Source: an uncultured Candidatus Saccharibacteria bacterium (GTDB taxonomy: Bacteria > Patescibacteriota > Minisyncoccia > Phycocordibacterales > UBA918). From it: a stretch of DNA of 64,000 nt. This document shows positions 10,171-19,685 of this stretch, one piece after another. Made by a program: the position numbers and the translations under genes. The notes under the pieces are model-generated. The model made no database searches and was not told the DNA's origin. It was given only the letters and a program-made list of their open reading frames with translations. Numbering within the stretch: the first letter of the stretch is position 1; each line of letters starts with the position of its first letter. The stretch is taken from assembly GCA_964353135.1 (NCBI GenBank), contig CAYGTV010000001.1, positions 18,696-82,695 on the forward strand, given 5' to 3'.

Positions 10171-10343
10171 CAGCTGAATACTTGCAGAAGTGAAGAAATA
10201 GCGGTTTTCAAATTGAGAGCGTCGGCGGGGATACAGTGCCTATAGAGGTTTGTGAACGTCGGAGCCTGTGAACAATTTGGGAACCGCTATTTCTGTCTTT
10301 GGGTCTGGATATTTTCAGCGTTTGTGCTACAGTAACCGGCATT

Positions 10344-10994
10344 ATGACAACACAAGTAGCAGTAACAGCGCGCGCAGAAGGTACAAACCGTGCAGCGCTA
10401 CCAGCAGGACACATTCCTGCGGTGGTATATGGTCCAAAACAAGACCCAATTTCAATCTCTGTAGAAGAGAAAACTTTTGATAAAATTCGAAAAGAAGCAG
10501 GTGAATCAACCATTCTTGAACTGACTGGGCTAGCAGAGCCGATCGAGGTTCTTATTAAGGATATTGATTTTTCTCCTACTCGAATTGAAATGACACACGT
10601 CGACTTTTTTGCGATCGAGCGAGGAAAAGACATGACAACCCACGTTGCAATTGAACTAGTAGGTGAAGCTCCGGCAGAAAAAAACCACATTGGTTCTATC
10701 ACGAAAGTAATGCAAGAAATCACAGTAACGTGTCGGCCAAGTGTACTACCGTCACACATTGATGTAGATATCTCAGTACTAGTTGCAGCTGATTCTAAGA
10801 TCACTGTGGCTGACCTACCGGCACTCGAAGGAGTGATTTATGACGCTGAACCAGGTGAAACAGTAGTTGTAGTGAGTGTGGCTGACGAAGAAGTCGATGA
10901 AGATTCTGAGGATGTGGATATGGCTGCAATCCCGGTTGAAGGGGGAGACAAAGGAGAAACTGAGGAAGAAAAGAAAGAAGAGGCAGCAGGCTAG
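10344..10994 (+). CDS. rplY: ribosomal protein L25/general stress protein Ctc with acidic C-terminal tail
   Basis: MTTQVAVTARAEGTNRAALPAGHIPAVVYG is an L25 N-terminus. The C-terminus is Glu/Asp-rich. Start chosen at the ATG at 10344; the track ORF begins earlier at 10299. Confidence 0.8.
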   Translation: MTTQVAVTARAEGTNRAALPAGHIPAVVYGPKQDPISISVEEKTFDKIRKEAGESTILELTGLAEPIEVLIKDIDFSPTRIEMTHVDFFAIERGKDMTTHVAIELVGEAPAEKNHIGSITKVMQEITVTCRPSVLPSHIDVDISVLVAADSKITVADLPALEGVIYDAEPGETVVVVSVADEEVDEDSEDVDMAAIPVEGGDKGETEEEKKEEAAG

Positions 10995-11013
10995 TCTAAC
11001 TACAAACCACAAA

Positions 11014-11056
11014 AAGACCGACAATCCACTTGGGCATTTGTCGGTCTTTTTGTTAT
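11014..11056 (+). terminator. rho-independent terminator after rplY
   Basis: aaaaagaccgacaa tccacttgggcat ttgtcggtcttttt. Confidence 0.65.
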
Positions 11057-11065
11057 ACTTGTAGC

Positions 11066-12424
11066 ATGAAGCGCATAGCTGTATTTTTCCTAGTAGTTAT
11101 TTTTCTTGTGCCTCAGACCAGCGTCCTTGCTGAATCAGACGCCGAGAGGCGAGAAAGAATTGAAAACGAATTACAAAACGTTGAGCGACAGATTTTGACG
11201 CAACAGCGCATTGTGGAAGACAAACAGGTTGAGCGTCGATCACTAGAGCGAGACATGGCAATCATTGAAAGCGAGATTACTCAGGCCCAGCTTGGCATCC
11301 AGGCGCGCAACGCAGCCATTGAACAGCTCTCTGATCAGATCGGAGAAAAAGAAGTCGTGCTCGATGTGCTAGAAGAAAAATTGGGTAAGCAACAGGATTC
11401 ATTAGCAGACCTGGTGCGTAAATCTGCCTTGATCGAAGATTATTCATTAGTAGAGGTGATGCTCAGTAGACGAAGTTTCTCTGACTTTTTTACCGACGTA
11501 GCTACGTTTGAAACACTCAAAGATTCGCTAAATGAATCCCTTGATGTGCTGCATGGTATTCGTCGAGATACAATCGACCAGCGTGAGCAGTTATCTGGCA
11601 AGCAGGAAACAGAGGCAGAGATGCGTCGCATCCAAGAACTAGAGAAGCAAAGGATCGAACAAAAAGAGCGTGAAAAAGAACAGGTGCTTACAATCACAAA
11701 AGGCGAAGAGGCTGAGTATCAGGCGCTGCTGAACTCGCAAAAGAAAACTGCAGCGCAACTACGTAGTCAACTCTTTGACCTCCTTGGTGGTGGTGGAGGT
11801 ATTCCGTTTGGACAGGCTGTAGAGCTGGCACAATATGCCCAGCGGGTGACGGGAGTCGAGGCGGCACTCATCCTCGCGATTTTGGAACAAGAGTCTAACC
11901 TGGGAACCAACCTCGGTAGTTGTCTGTTCACCGACAGTACGTCAGCTCGGCCCGTGATGCACCCGACTCGTGACGAACCAGTGTTCTTGGCAATTGCTGA
12001 AATTCTTGGTTTTGATCCAACCACCAGAACTGTGTCATGTCCGATCGTGCAAAATGGTAGTCGAGTTGGGTGGGGTGGGGCGATGGGTCCATCACAATTT
12101 ATCCCGTCTACCTGGGCGGCATACGGTGGGATTGTAAGTGATGGCGCTGGCGGCTTTGTCTACGATCGTAGTTCTGACGCCATTCGGGCCATCAATGGTG
12201 GAGACATCGCCAACCCGTTTAATAATCGTGATGCGTTTATCGCAACGGCGCTACTGATGCGGGACAACGGTGCTCGGGGAACCTATGACAGTGATCGTAC
12301 CGCAGCTTTACGTTACTACGCCGGGTGGGGTGGTGCCAGTAACCCAGCCAATGCATTCTATGGAAACCAAGTAATGCAACGAAAAGCTCGGCTAGCTGAC
12401 GAAATCCAAATCTTGGCAAACTAG
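11066..12424 (+). CDS. secreted coiled-coil protein with C-terminal lytic transglycosylase (SLT-like) domain
   Basis: Signal peptide MKRIAVFFLVVIFLVPQTSVLA, about 200 aa of coiled coil, then ALILAILEQESNLG, which resembles the SLT E-S catalytic motif. Confidence 0.55.
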   Translation: MKRIAVFFLVVIFLVPQTSVLAESDAERRERIENELQNVERQILTQQRIVEDKQVERRSLERDMAIIESEITQAQLGIQARNAAIEQLSDQIGEKEVVLDVLEEKLGKQQDSLADLVRKSALIEDYSLVEVMLSRRSFSDFFTDVATFETLKDSLNESLDVLHGIRRDTIDQREQLSGKQETEAEMRRIQELEKQRIEQKEREKEQVLTITKGEEAEYQALLNSQKKTAAQLRSQLFDLLGGGGGIPFGQAVELAQYAQRVTGVEAALILAILEQESNLGTNLGSCLFTDSTSARPVMHPTRDEPVFLAIAEILGFDPTTRTVSCPIVQNGSRVGWGGAMGPSQFIPSTWAAYGGIVSDGAGGFVYDRSSDAIRAINGGDIANPFNNRDAFIATALLMRDNGARGTYDSDRTAALRYYAGWGGASNPANAFYGNQVMQRKARLADEIQILAN

Positions 12425-12525
12425 TATCTATTGCCAAATTAGCTTTATTTGCTATAGTTGCGGCACCACGGATTAGGTGTGATCGTTTATTATATTCCTT
12501 TGATCACGCCGAAGTATAAAAACAT

Positions 12526-12789
12526 ATGAAAAAAGATATTCACCCAGAAAACTACCGACAGGTAATCTTCCACGATAACTCATCAAACGAGCGAATTTTA
12601 ATCGGTTCAACTATTGAAACAGATAAAACCGATAAGTGGACAGATGGAAACGAATACCCGCTAGTACAGGTTGATGTAACCAGCGCATCACACCCGTTTT
12701 ACACTGGACAAGAAAAATCACTCGACACCGCAGGACGGGTTGATCGGTTTAAGCAGCGGATGGCAAAAGCTGGAAAAAACAAGGCTTAG
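12526..12789 (+). CDS. rpmE: ribosomal protein L31
   Basis: 87 aa beginning [10 protein letters not shown]. Confidence 0.85.
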   Translation: MKKDIHPENYRQVIFHDNSSNERILIGSTIETDKTDKWTDGNEYPLVQVDVTSASHPFYTGQEKSLDTAGRVDRFKQRMAKAGKNKA

Positions 12790-12797
12790 CTACTTCA

Positions 12798-12836
12798 AAA
12801 CCGCAGCGGGCACCAGCGTGTCCGCTGCGGTTTTGT
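12798..12836 (+). terminator. rho-independent terminator after rpmE
   Basis: aaaaccgcagcgg gcaccagcgtgt ccgctgcggtttt. Confidence 0.65.
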
Positions 12837-12855
12837 GTATACTAAACAAATCATT

Positions 12856-13842
12856 ATGGACTACGATCAAGACAAACTTCAAGAATTCAAGGAAAATCAA
12901 AAAACGCAATTTCTCGCGTCGCAGTTTGAGAGTGAGTTGGTGAAATTAACTGACGCCCAAGAGTTGGCCGATAGTGATCCTGAAATGGCAGAATTAGCCA
13001 AAGAAGAAATCGAGCAGCTGACAAAGCAGCTGCAGGATCAGTTTGATGAAATGGACCGGATTGTCGAAGCAAACAAAGAAGAGGAGAAGAAACCATATGG
13101 TGTTATGCTCGAAGTACGGGCTGGGGCAGGAGGTGACGAGGCGTCACTGTTTGCAGCCGAGCTGGCCGGCATGTATTTAAAATACGCTGAGGTCCAAGGC
13201 TGGCCAACCATCCGCAACAACGTGTCAGCTACCGAAGCTGGTGGGTACAAAGAAGCCTCTTTTGAAATTATGGGTAGCGAAGTCTACGACCACCTGCGAT
13301 ACGAAACCGGTGTGCATCGAGTACAGCGAATCCCAGCAACTGAAAAGCAGGGCCGCATCCACACCTCGACCGCATCAGTGGCTATCCTGCCGATGCGTAA
13401 AAAACCAACCATTCAAATCAACCTGGCTGATATTGATACTGAGTTTTCGAGGGCAGGTGGAGCTGGCGGGCAAAACGTCAACAAGGTGGAAACTGCGGTG
13501 CGGCTCGTGCACCGTCCAACTGGGATTGATGTGCGCAGTGAAAATGACCGCTCACAGCTCAAAAACCGTATCAAAGCGATGGAGCTACTCACCGCCAAAC
13601 TAGAAGCTATATTTGAAGAAGAACAAGCTGCCAAACACGCAGCGGTACGTAAAAACCAAATCGGAACGGGAGACCGAAGTGAAAAAATCCGAACGTACAA
13701 CTTCCCACAAAACCGTATCACCGACCACCGCATCAAAGAGTCATGGCACACGGTCGAGGCAACTCTTGGTGGAAACCTCGGTCCGATCGTAGAAGCGATG
13801 CAGGCTGCTGCAAAAGCGGGTGACGAAGCTGTTGCAGAGTAA
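12856..13842 (+). CDS. prfA: peptide chain release factor 1
   Basis: GGQ motif ([14 protein letters not shown]) and PAT tripeptide (RF1-type). Start set to the ATG at 12856, since the track start at 12835 is a GTG inside the L31 terminator T-run. Confidence 0.9.
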   Translation: MDYDQDKLQEFKENQKTQFLASQFESELVKLTDAQELADSDPEMAELAKEEIEQLTKQLQDQFDEMDRIVEANKEEEKKPYGVMLEVRAGAGGDEASLFAAELAGMYLKYAEVQGWPTIRNNVSATEAGGYKEASFEIMGSEVYDHLRYETGVHRVQRIPATEKQGRIHTSTASVAILPMRKKPTIQINLADIDTEFSRAGGAGGQNVNKVETAVRLVHRPTGIDVRSENDRSQLKNRIKAMELLTAKLEAIFEEEQAAKHAAVRKNQIGTGDRSEKIRTYNFPQNRITDHRIKESWHTVEATLGGNLGPIVEAMQAAAKAGDEAVAE

Positions 13843-14121
13843 CCTTATATGTAGTATTGTAGCCGCACTTTGCAGGTAGAACTGCAAGTCTCCAAGCACC
13901 GTAGCTGTCTGTGGCTCGTGTGGCAGGGAGTAGGGAGGGTCTAAGTATCCAAATCCCGCTCAGTCACCTCGATGGATCCACGTATTCTAGCTTTATCAAT
14001 CTAACCGGCAGCTTGGTGAGAATTAAGACAAAATGGACGCATTTACACTGGTTTCCATTTTGACAAAATTCTATGCTAACAACCCTTTTACGCGCTAGCG
14101 TAAATACAATTAATTTAATTT

Positions 14122-14862
14122 ATGTCAGACAAAAACTTAGTCAGCCGACTATTTGAAGCCGGCGCACACTTTGGCTTTAAAAAAGCTCGACGTCATCCAA
14201 CAGTGACACCATTCCTATACACTACCAAAGAAGGTAGTGATGTTATTGACCTTGCAAAAACTAGTGAAGCACTAGTAGCAGCCAAAGAAATGCTAAAAGA
14301 AGCAGGATCAATGGGCAAGACTGTTCTGTTTGTTGGAACCAAAGATGAGGTTGCAAAAATCGTTAAAAAAGCAGCTGAGAAAGTAGAAGCACCATACGTT
14401 ACCAACCGATGGATTGGTGGAATGCTAACAAACTGGTCAGAAATCAAAAAACGAATCAATCGTCTAGAGACACTAACCAACGAAAAAACAACTGGTGAGT
14501 TAGATCGTAAGTACACCAAGAAAGAGCGGGTAGTTATCGGACGAGAAGCAGCTAAACTAGAATTCAACTTCTTTGGAATTTCAAAAATGGCAAAAATGCC
14601 TGACCTAATGGTAGTAGTAGACCCGCGTCATGATCACATCGCGGTAGCCGAAGCAGTTGAGAAAAACGTACCGGTTATGGCCGTGATGAGTACCGATGGT
14701 GACGCAAGTATGATTGCGTACCCAGTCGTGGCAAACGATGCGTTGCAATCAAGTGTATCGCTAATTGTTGATGAACTAGTTGCAGCTTATGCAGAAGGGA
14801 AATCAGCTTTTGTACCAAAAGAAACTGCCCCAGCCGGCAACACCCGACGTCGAACTGCCTAG
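14122..14862 (+). CDS. rpsB: ribosomal protein S2
   Basis: MSDKNLVSRLFEAGAHFGFKKARRHP is a canonical S2 N-terminus; 246 aa. Confidence 0.9.
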   Translation: MSDKNLVSRLFEAGAHFGFKKARRHPTVTPFLYTTKEGSDVIDLAKTSEALVAAKEMLKEAGSMGKTVLFVGTKDEVAKIVKKAAEKVEAPYVTNRWIGGMLTNWSEIKKRINRLETLTNEKTTGELDRKYTKKERVVIGREAAKLEFNFFGISKMAKMPDLMVVVDPRHDHIAVAEAVEKNVPVMAVMSTDGDASMIAYPVVANDALQSSVSLIVDELVAAYAEGKSAFVPKETAPAGNTRRRTA

Positions 14863-14914
14863 ATAACTCTGGTATAATCGACCCGACTTACACACAAACT
14901 AATTGCTATTTGCT

Positions 14915-15499
14915 ATGGAAATTAACCCAACCCTACTAAAAGAACTACGAGACAAAACAGGCATCTCTGTGATGCAGTGCAAAAAGGCGCTTGAAGAAGC
15001 AGAAGGTGACATGGATAAAGCAGTCATCATTCTTAAAAAAAGGCGGGCAGAAGCAGCAGACAAGAAGTCTGATCGAGAGCTTGGCGCTGGTGCCGTTGGG
15101 GTATATGTACATAATACCAACGAAGTAGCTGCTATGGTATTGCTTGCCTGCGAAACGGACTTTGTTTCTAAGAATGAAGAGTTTATTGCGTTAGCAAAAG
15201 ACATTGCTATGCATGTTGCAGCCAGTGATCCAAAGTTCATCTCTAAAGATGAGCTCCCAGCCGATGCTACCGAAAAAGCGAAAGAAGTATTTGCGCCTGA
15301 ACTAGAAGGGAAACCAGAAGAGATGAAAGAAAAAATTATGGAAGGGAAACTGGCTTCATACTTTAAGGATCAGATCCTACTAGAGCAAGACTTCATCAAA
15401 AATCCAGAGCACACAATCGGTGAAATGGTAACTGGAGCGATTCAGAAGTTTGGTGAAAACGTATCTATCGCACAGATCTCTCGAGTGTCTGTAAAATAA
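14915..15499 (+). CDS. tsf: elongation factor Ts (short form)
   Basis: MEINPTLLKELRDKTGISVMQCKKALEEAEGDMDKA is the UBA-like N-terminus of EF-Ts. It directly follows rpsB. ATG at 14915; the track start at 14903 is TTG. Confidence 0.85.
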   Translation: MEINPTLLKELRDKTGISVMQCKKALEEAEGDMDKAVIILKKRRAEAADKKSDRELGAGAVGVYVHNTNEVAAMVLLACETDFVSKNEEFIALAKDIAMHVAASDPKFISKDELPADATEKAKEVFAPELEGKPEEMKEKIMEGKLASYFKDQILLEQDFIKNPEHTIGEMVTGAIQKFGENVSIAQISRVSVK

Positions 15500-15503
15500 C
15501 GTC

Positions 15504-15899
15504 ATGCTACTGATCCCGGTCAGTGTATTTGCCTCAGCTGCAGTTCTATTGACTGTGGCTTTGGTAGTCGTGAGTCGCGAGCAGCGGCGCAACGATCGAC
15601 TATTTTTAGGTCGACTGCGAAACTGGCTAGATCGGGTGTGCGAATCTACAGCAAGAAGTGCAAGGGGGTTTGTTCATGTGATCGCGATTTCAGTGATGTA
15701 TCTAGTTCATCATTTTCGCTCAGCCTTGTCCAAGGCTATTGCGCCCCGACCACGGCGCCCAAAAAAGCAGCCTGATCGATTGCAGTTTGAAAAAACTGAC
15801 AACCACCTTAGCTCAATGCACGAACATAAAAGTGATACCGCACTCACTCCAGCCCAAAAGAAAAAACTGCGCAACCAGAAACTAGAAGAAAGATTATAG
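15504..15899 (+). CDS. hypothetical small membrane protein with basic C-terminus
   Basis: N-terminal hydrophobic helix followed by an Arg/Lys-rich tail; no recognisable domain. Confidence 0.35.
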   Translation: MLLIPVSVFASAAVLLTVALVVVSREQRRNDRLFLGRLRNWLDRVCESTARSARGFVHVIAISVMYLVHHFRSALSKAIAPRPRRPKKQPDRLQFEKTDNHLSSMHEHKSDTALTPAQKKKLRNQKLEERL

Positions 15900-15924
15900 G
15901 CGCCCACGCGTCATAAAAATAACT

Positions 15925-17700
15925 ATGCAAACAGAAAACTACTCTGGAGATATTCCACGTACGCCGCTGCGGTTTATTGCGTACTTATCCAAGCCTTCAA
16001 AATGGTGGGCTATTACTTCGTTTGTAACTGCCGTTGCGGCTCAGTTGCTTGAAGTAGTAGCGCTATACGTTGTTGCTCGGTTTGTTGATGCATTTTCTGT
16101 CGCACAAGGAGTTACTGCGCAGCTAGATGCTTTCTACTATTGGGGTCTTGTCTTTTTGGGTGTGATTGTTGTCGAGCGAGCCCTATGGAGAGTTTCTGGT
16201 TTTACAGGAATCAAGTGGTTAGTTGAGATGAATGCCAATGGCTATAACACTTTATTTGAATATACTGTTTCGCATAGTCATAATTATTTTGCGAGTCGTT
16301 TTGCCGGTTCAATTTCAAACAAGGTTTCAAATGCGGTTGATGGTGCAACACGTCTGTTGGAGCGGCTGCTATGGGGGATGATTCCGCAGATCATTTCTCT
16401 GGTAATTGGTATCTATGTTTTCTTTACTGTTCATTGGTTAATGGGGGTTGGCTTTTTAACCTTCCTGGTGTTGGTGTTTATATTCAATGTTAAATTTACT
16501 TTGTGGCGTCGACCATACGTGGTTGATTATTCTCGTTCATCATCAAAAATGCGAGGAGAAGGGGTTGATCTGATGTCAAACATTTCCGCTGTTCGACAAT
16601 ATGCACACCGCGATAACGAACTAAGTCGTATCGCACTAGCAATTGAAGAGAGGGCTAGAAAAGATAAAAAGCAGTGGTTTCTGGGTGACTGGTTGATGGT
16701 GATCAACACGGTCTTTGGTCTGCTTGTCACAGCTGCAATTTTATACGGTACGTATGTAATGGTTGGGCAAAATGCAATAACGACAGGAACAGTAGTTCTG
16801 ATCCTAACGATTCTTGGGCGGGTTGGCTACGCCTTTACCCATATAGGCAACATGCTCAATAACTTTATTCGCTTATATGGTGAATCTGAAGAAGGCCTTG
16901 ATAGTATTTTGGTCGATCATGAAATTGTTGATACGTCTAATGCTAAACAGTTGGTGGCTGGTGGGGGAGCGATCGAATTTAGTGACACCTCGTTCTCGTA
17001 TGAAAAGAAGACTATCTTTGATGCCCTCAACATTAAAATCGAGCCCGGGCAGAGAATCGGGTTAGTGGGCCCCTCTGGTGCTGGGAAGTCGACACTAGTG
17101 TCACTGCTGCTTCGACAGCATGATATTGATGCAGGGGCGATTTTGATCGATGGCCAAAACATCGCTGAGGTGACTCAGGATTCACTGCGACAAAGCATTG
17201 CTCTAGTTCCACAAGAACCGATGCTGTTCCATCGCACCATTCGGGAAAACATCATGTATGGGAAACCAGACGCAACTGATGAAGAGATGGTGCAAGCAGC
17301 AGAACGTGCGCAAGCACGAGAATTTATCGAAGTCCTACCAAAAGGGTACGACACGCTGGTGGGAGAGCGGGGAGTGAAGCTCTCTGGTGGGCAAAAACAA
17401 CGAGTAGCGATTGCGCGAGCAATGTTAAAAGAAGCTCCTATTCTGGTGCTTGATGAGGCGACTAGTGCGCTTGATAGTGAAAGTGAGGTAGCGATCCAAA
17501 AAGCCTTAGAAACACTCATGGAAGGCAAGACAGTGATTGCGGTCGCACACCGATTGTCGACACTGCGCAAGATGGATCGTATCTTGGTAATCGACAATGG
17601 TCAGATTGTCGAAGACGGCACACATGACTCGCTCGCTGATGCTGGTGGCATGTATTCTAAACTGTGGGCGCACCAGGCTGGGGGATTTCTGCAGGAGTAG
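15925..17700 (+). CDS. ABC transporter, fused permease/ATP-binding protein (MsbA-like exporter)
   Basis: Six TM helices in the N-terminal half; Walker A GPSGAGKST; signature LSGGQKQRVAIARA; Walker B ILVLDEATSALD. Confidence 0.85.
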   Translation: MQTENYSGDIPRTPLRFIAYLSKPSKWWAITSFVTAVAAQLLEVVALYVVARFVDAFSVAQGVTAQLDAFYYWGLVFLGVIVVERALWRVSGFTGIKWLVEMNANGYNTLFEYTVSHSHNYFASRFAGSISNKVSNAVDGATRLLERLLWGMIPQIISLVIGIYVFFTVHWLMGVGFLTFLVLVFIFNVKFTLWRRPYVVDYSRSSSKMRGEGVDLMSNISAVRQYAHRDNELSRIALAIEERARKDKKQWFLGDWLMVINTVFGLLVTAAILYGTYVMVGQNAITTGTVVLILTILGRVGYAFTHIGNMLNNFIRLYGESEEGLDSILVDHEIVDTSNAKQLVAGGGAIEFSDTSFSYEKKTIFDALNIKIEPGQRIGLVGPSGAGKSTLVSLLLRQHDIDAGAILIDGQNIAEVTQDSLRQSIALVPQEPMLFHRTIRENIMYGKPDATDEEMVQAAERAQAREFIEVLPKGYDTLVGERGVKLSGGQKQRVAIARAMLKEAPILVLDEATSALDSESEVAIQKALETLMEGKTVIAVAHRLSTLRKMDRILVIDNGQIVEDGTHDSLADAGGMYSKLWAHQAGGFLQE

Positions 17701-17774
17701 GTTCCAGCACCTGTATGCAAAGCATACACAGTGGCCTCACTCGATAATAAACACGCTTGATCACAGATCAAGCT

Positions 17775-17836
17775 AAACTAAAAGAAAAACTGCCAGAATT
17801 ACACTTATGTAATTCTGGCAGTTTTTCTTTTAGTTT
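17775..17836. terminator. 29-bp perfect inverted repeat (4-nt loop) between the convergent ABC exporter gene and tRNA-Thr; bidirectional terminator
   Basis: aaactaaaagaaaaactgccagaattaca ctta tgtaattctggcagtttttcttttagttt; A-run on the 5' side and T-run on the 3' side. Confidence 0.6.
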
Positions 17837-17871
17837 CTCGCCATTGGCTCGATTTACTATCCTCGTATCGG

Positions 17872-17944
17872 AGCCACCTGTCAGGCTCGAACTGACGACC
17901 TACGCGTTACAAATGCGTTGCTCTACCAACTGAGCTAAGGTGGC
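17872..17944 (-). tRNA. tRNA-Thr (anticodon UGU)
   Basis: The reverse complement folds as a cloverleaf: 7-bp acceptor GCCACCT/AGGTGGC, D-arm GCTC..GAGC, anticodon loop TTTGTAA, T-arm GTCAG TTCGAGC CTGAC, discriminator U; no encoded CCA. Confidence 0.8.
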
Positions 17945-18122
17945 GTATTAAACTGTATATTCTCTTCAGATCTTGTAAGCTTCTACCAACTGCAGCTGCC
18001 GGTGGCGCATTTCTGGTACGCGCCATTATGACCAAAAACAGCAAAAAATGCAACTGGGTACATTGAATTGCGGGTAAAACCCTTTATTTTCTAGCAAAAC
18101 AACGCTATACTCGACATTACTC

Positions 18123-19676
18123 ATGAGCGAAGACTCTCATCTATTGCCATATGCTCGTCGTGCTGATTTTAAAGTCGCTCGGGCAACTGAACTAACGGGT
18201 CGCGACCGTCGGTTTTATCGGTTCCTAGAAATTGTCCCTGGGGTGGCTGCCTGGGGGACATTGATCGGGATAGTGTGGGCATCGATCTATGCGTCCTTTT
18301 TTGCGGCGTACTTCATCATTGCCTTTGCTATCTATTGGGTTTTGAAAACCATCTTTCTGTCCTACCACGTACGGTATAACTGGAAACGCCTCAAACATCA
18401 CATGGAATTGGACTGGGGTGTATTGGTTTCTCGATTTGAATATGATGAATATCATCACTTAGTGATCTTTCCATTTTATGAAGAGCCTTATGAAGTGCTC
18501 GAGGGTGCCATGAAAGGTTTAATAGAAGCCAACTATGATCCGCAAAAACTGATTGTTGTCCTGGCAGCAGAGGGTCGAGTCGGTGCATCAGCTATAGAAA
18601 AAGCAGATCGAATCGCAGCCGAGTTTGGTTCCAAATTTGGAAACTTCCTAGTATCGGTGCATCCCCAAGACACCCCTGGAGAGATCGCTGGAAAAGGTTC
18701 AAATGTGCATTATGCTTTACATCAGGTACATAACAAAGTAATTGCCCCACAACACATCTCACATAAAAACATCCTTGTATCTATTTTTGATGTCGATACA
18801 GTCATTTACCCAGATTACTTCAACTGTCTAATTTGGCATTTTATGACCGCCGAGAATCCATACAAAAGTGCGTTCCAGCCAGTACCGTTGTTCACAAACA
18901 ACCTATGGGAAGCTTCTGCCGTATCGCGTGTGATGGCGATGTCTAGTACATTTTGGCAAATGATCATGCAAGAGCGACCAGACAAAGCCGCAACGTTCTC
19001 GTCGCACTCAGTTAGTTACCAGGCACTGTATGAGATCGGGTATGGCCAAGCCAACGTAGTGAGTGAGGACTCGCGCATCTACTGGAACCTACTTTTGGCC
19101 AACGATGGGTATTTTGACGTGGTGTCACTGTCGTACCCGATTGCGATGGATGCAACCACAGCAGCAAGCACGTGGGGAACAATTAAAAATATCTATAAGC
19201 AGCATCGTCGCTGGACGTACGGGGTAGAGAACTGGTGCTACTTGGTGTATCACTTCTCTAAACACAAGGCGATCCCGTTGCGACGTCGCTGGTCCATCGC
19301 TCTACAGCAAGGGGAAGGGTATTGGTCACTAGTAACCAACCCAATCATGCTGTTTATTTTGGGCTGGACGCCGATTTTCCTCGGGTCACGAGAATTCCAT
19401 GAAACCGTACTATCGTACGAGTTACCAATCATGGTTCGTAACCTACTGACTGTAGCCATGCTCGGTTTAGTTTTTTCTTCAATTATTTCACTGTCACTTA
19501 CTCCGCCGCGGCCTGAGGGATACAGCCGGTTCCGCTACGTCGTAATGGCGCTGCAGTGGATTATGGTTCCAATCACGATGATTGTGTTTAGTGCGATCCC
19601 TGGGCTCGATGCCCAGACTCGCTTGATGCTCGGTCGATATATGGGATTTTGGGTCACACCTAAACGGTTACAATAG
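18123..19676 (+). CDS. processive family-2 glycosyltransferase (membrane-embedded polysaccharide synthase-like)
   Basis: N- and C-terminal TM segments flank a GT2 core with the D,D,D motifs (FDVDT) and the QxxRW motif (QHRRW) typical of cellulose/chitin/hyaluronan-type synthases. Confidence 0.7.
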   Translation: MSEDSHLLPYARRADFKVARATELTGRDRRFYRFLEIVPGVAAWGTLIGIVWASIYASFFAAYFIIAFAIYWVLKTIFLSYHVRYNWKRLKHHMELDWGVLVSRFEYDEYHHLVIFPFYEEPYEVLEGAMKGLIEANYDPQKLIVVLAAEGRVGASAIEKADRIAAEFGSKFGNFLVSVHPQDTPGEIAGKGSNVHYALHQVHNKVIAPQHISHKNILVSIFDVDTVIYPDYFNCLIWHFMTAENPYKSAFQPVPLFTNNLWEASAVSRVMAMSSTFWQMIMQERPDKAATFSSHSVSYQALYEIGYGQANVVSEDSRIYWNLLLANDGYFDVVSLSYPIAMDATTAASTWGTIKNIYKQHRRWTYGVENWCYLVYHFSKHKAIPLRRRWSIALQQGEGYWSLVTNPIMLFILGWTPIFLGSREFHETVLSYELPIMVRNLLTVAMLGLVFSSIISLSLTPPRPEGYSRFRYVVMALQWIMVPITMIVFSAIPGLDAQTRLMLGRYMGFWVTPKRLQ

Positions 19677-19685
19677 TAAATACAT

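Noticed and set aside
10208-10804. A 198-aa minus-strand ORF antisense to rplY
   Set aside because: It lies entirely antisense to a well-supported ribosomal protein gene and to the leader hairpin, has no ribosome-binding site or homology signal, and is an antisense ORF artefact.
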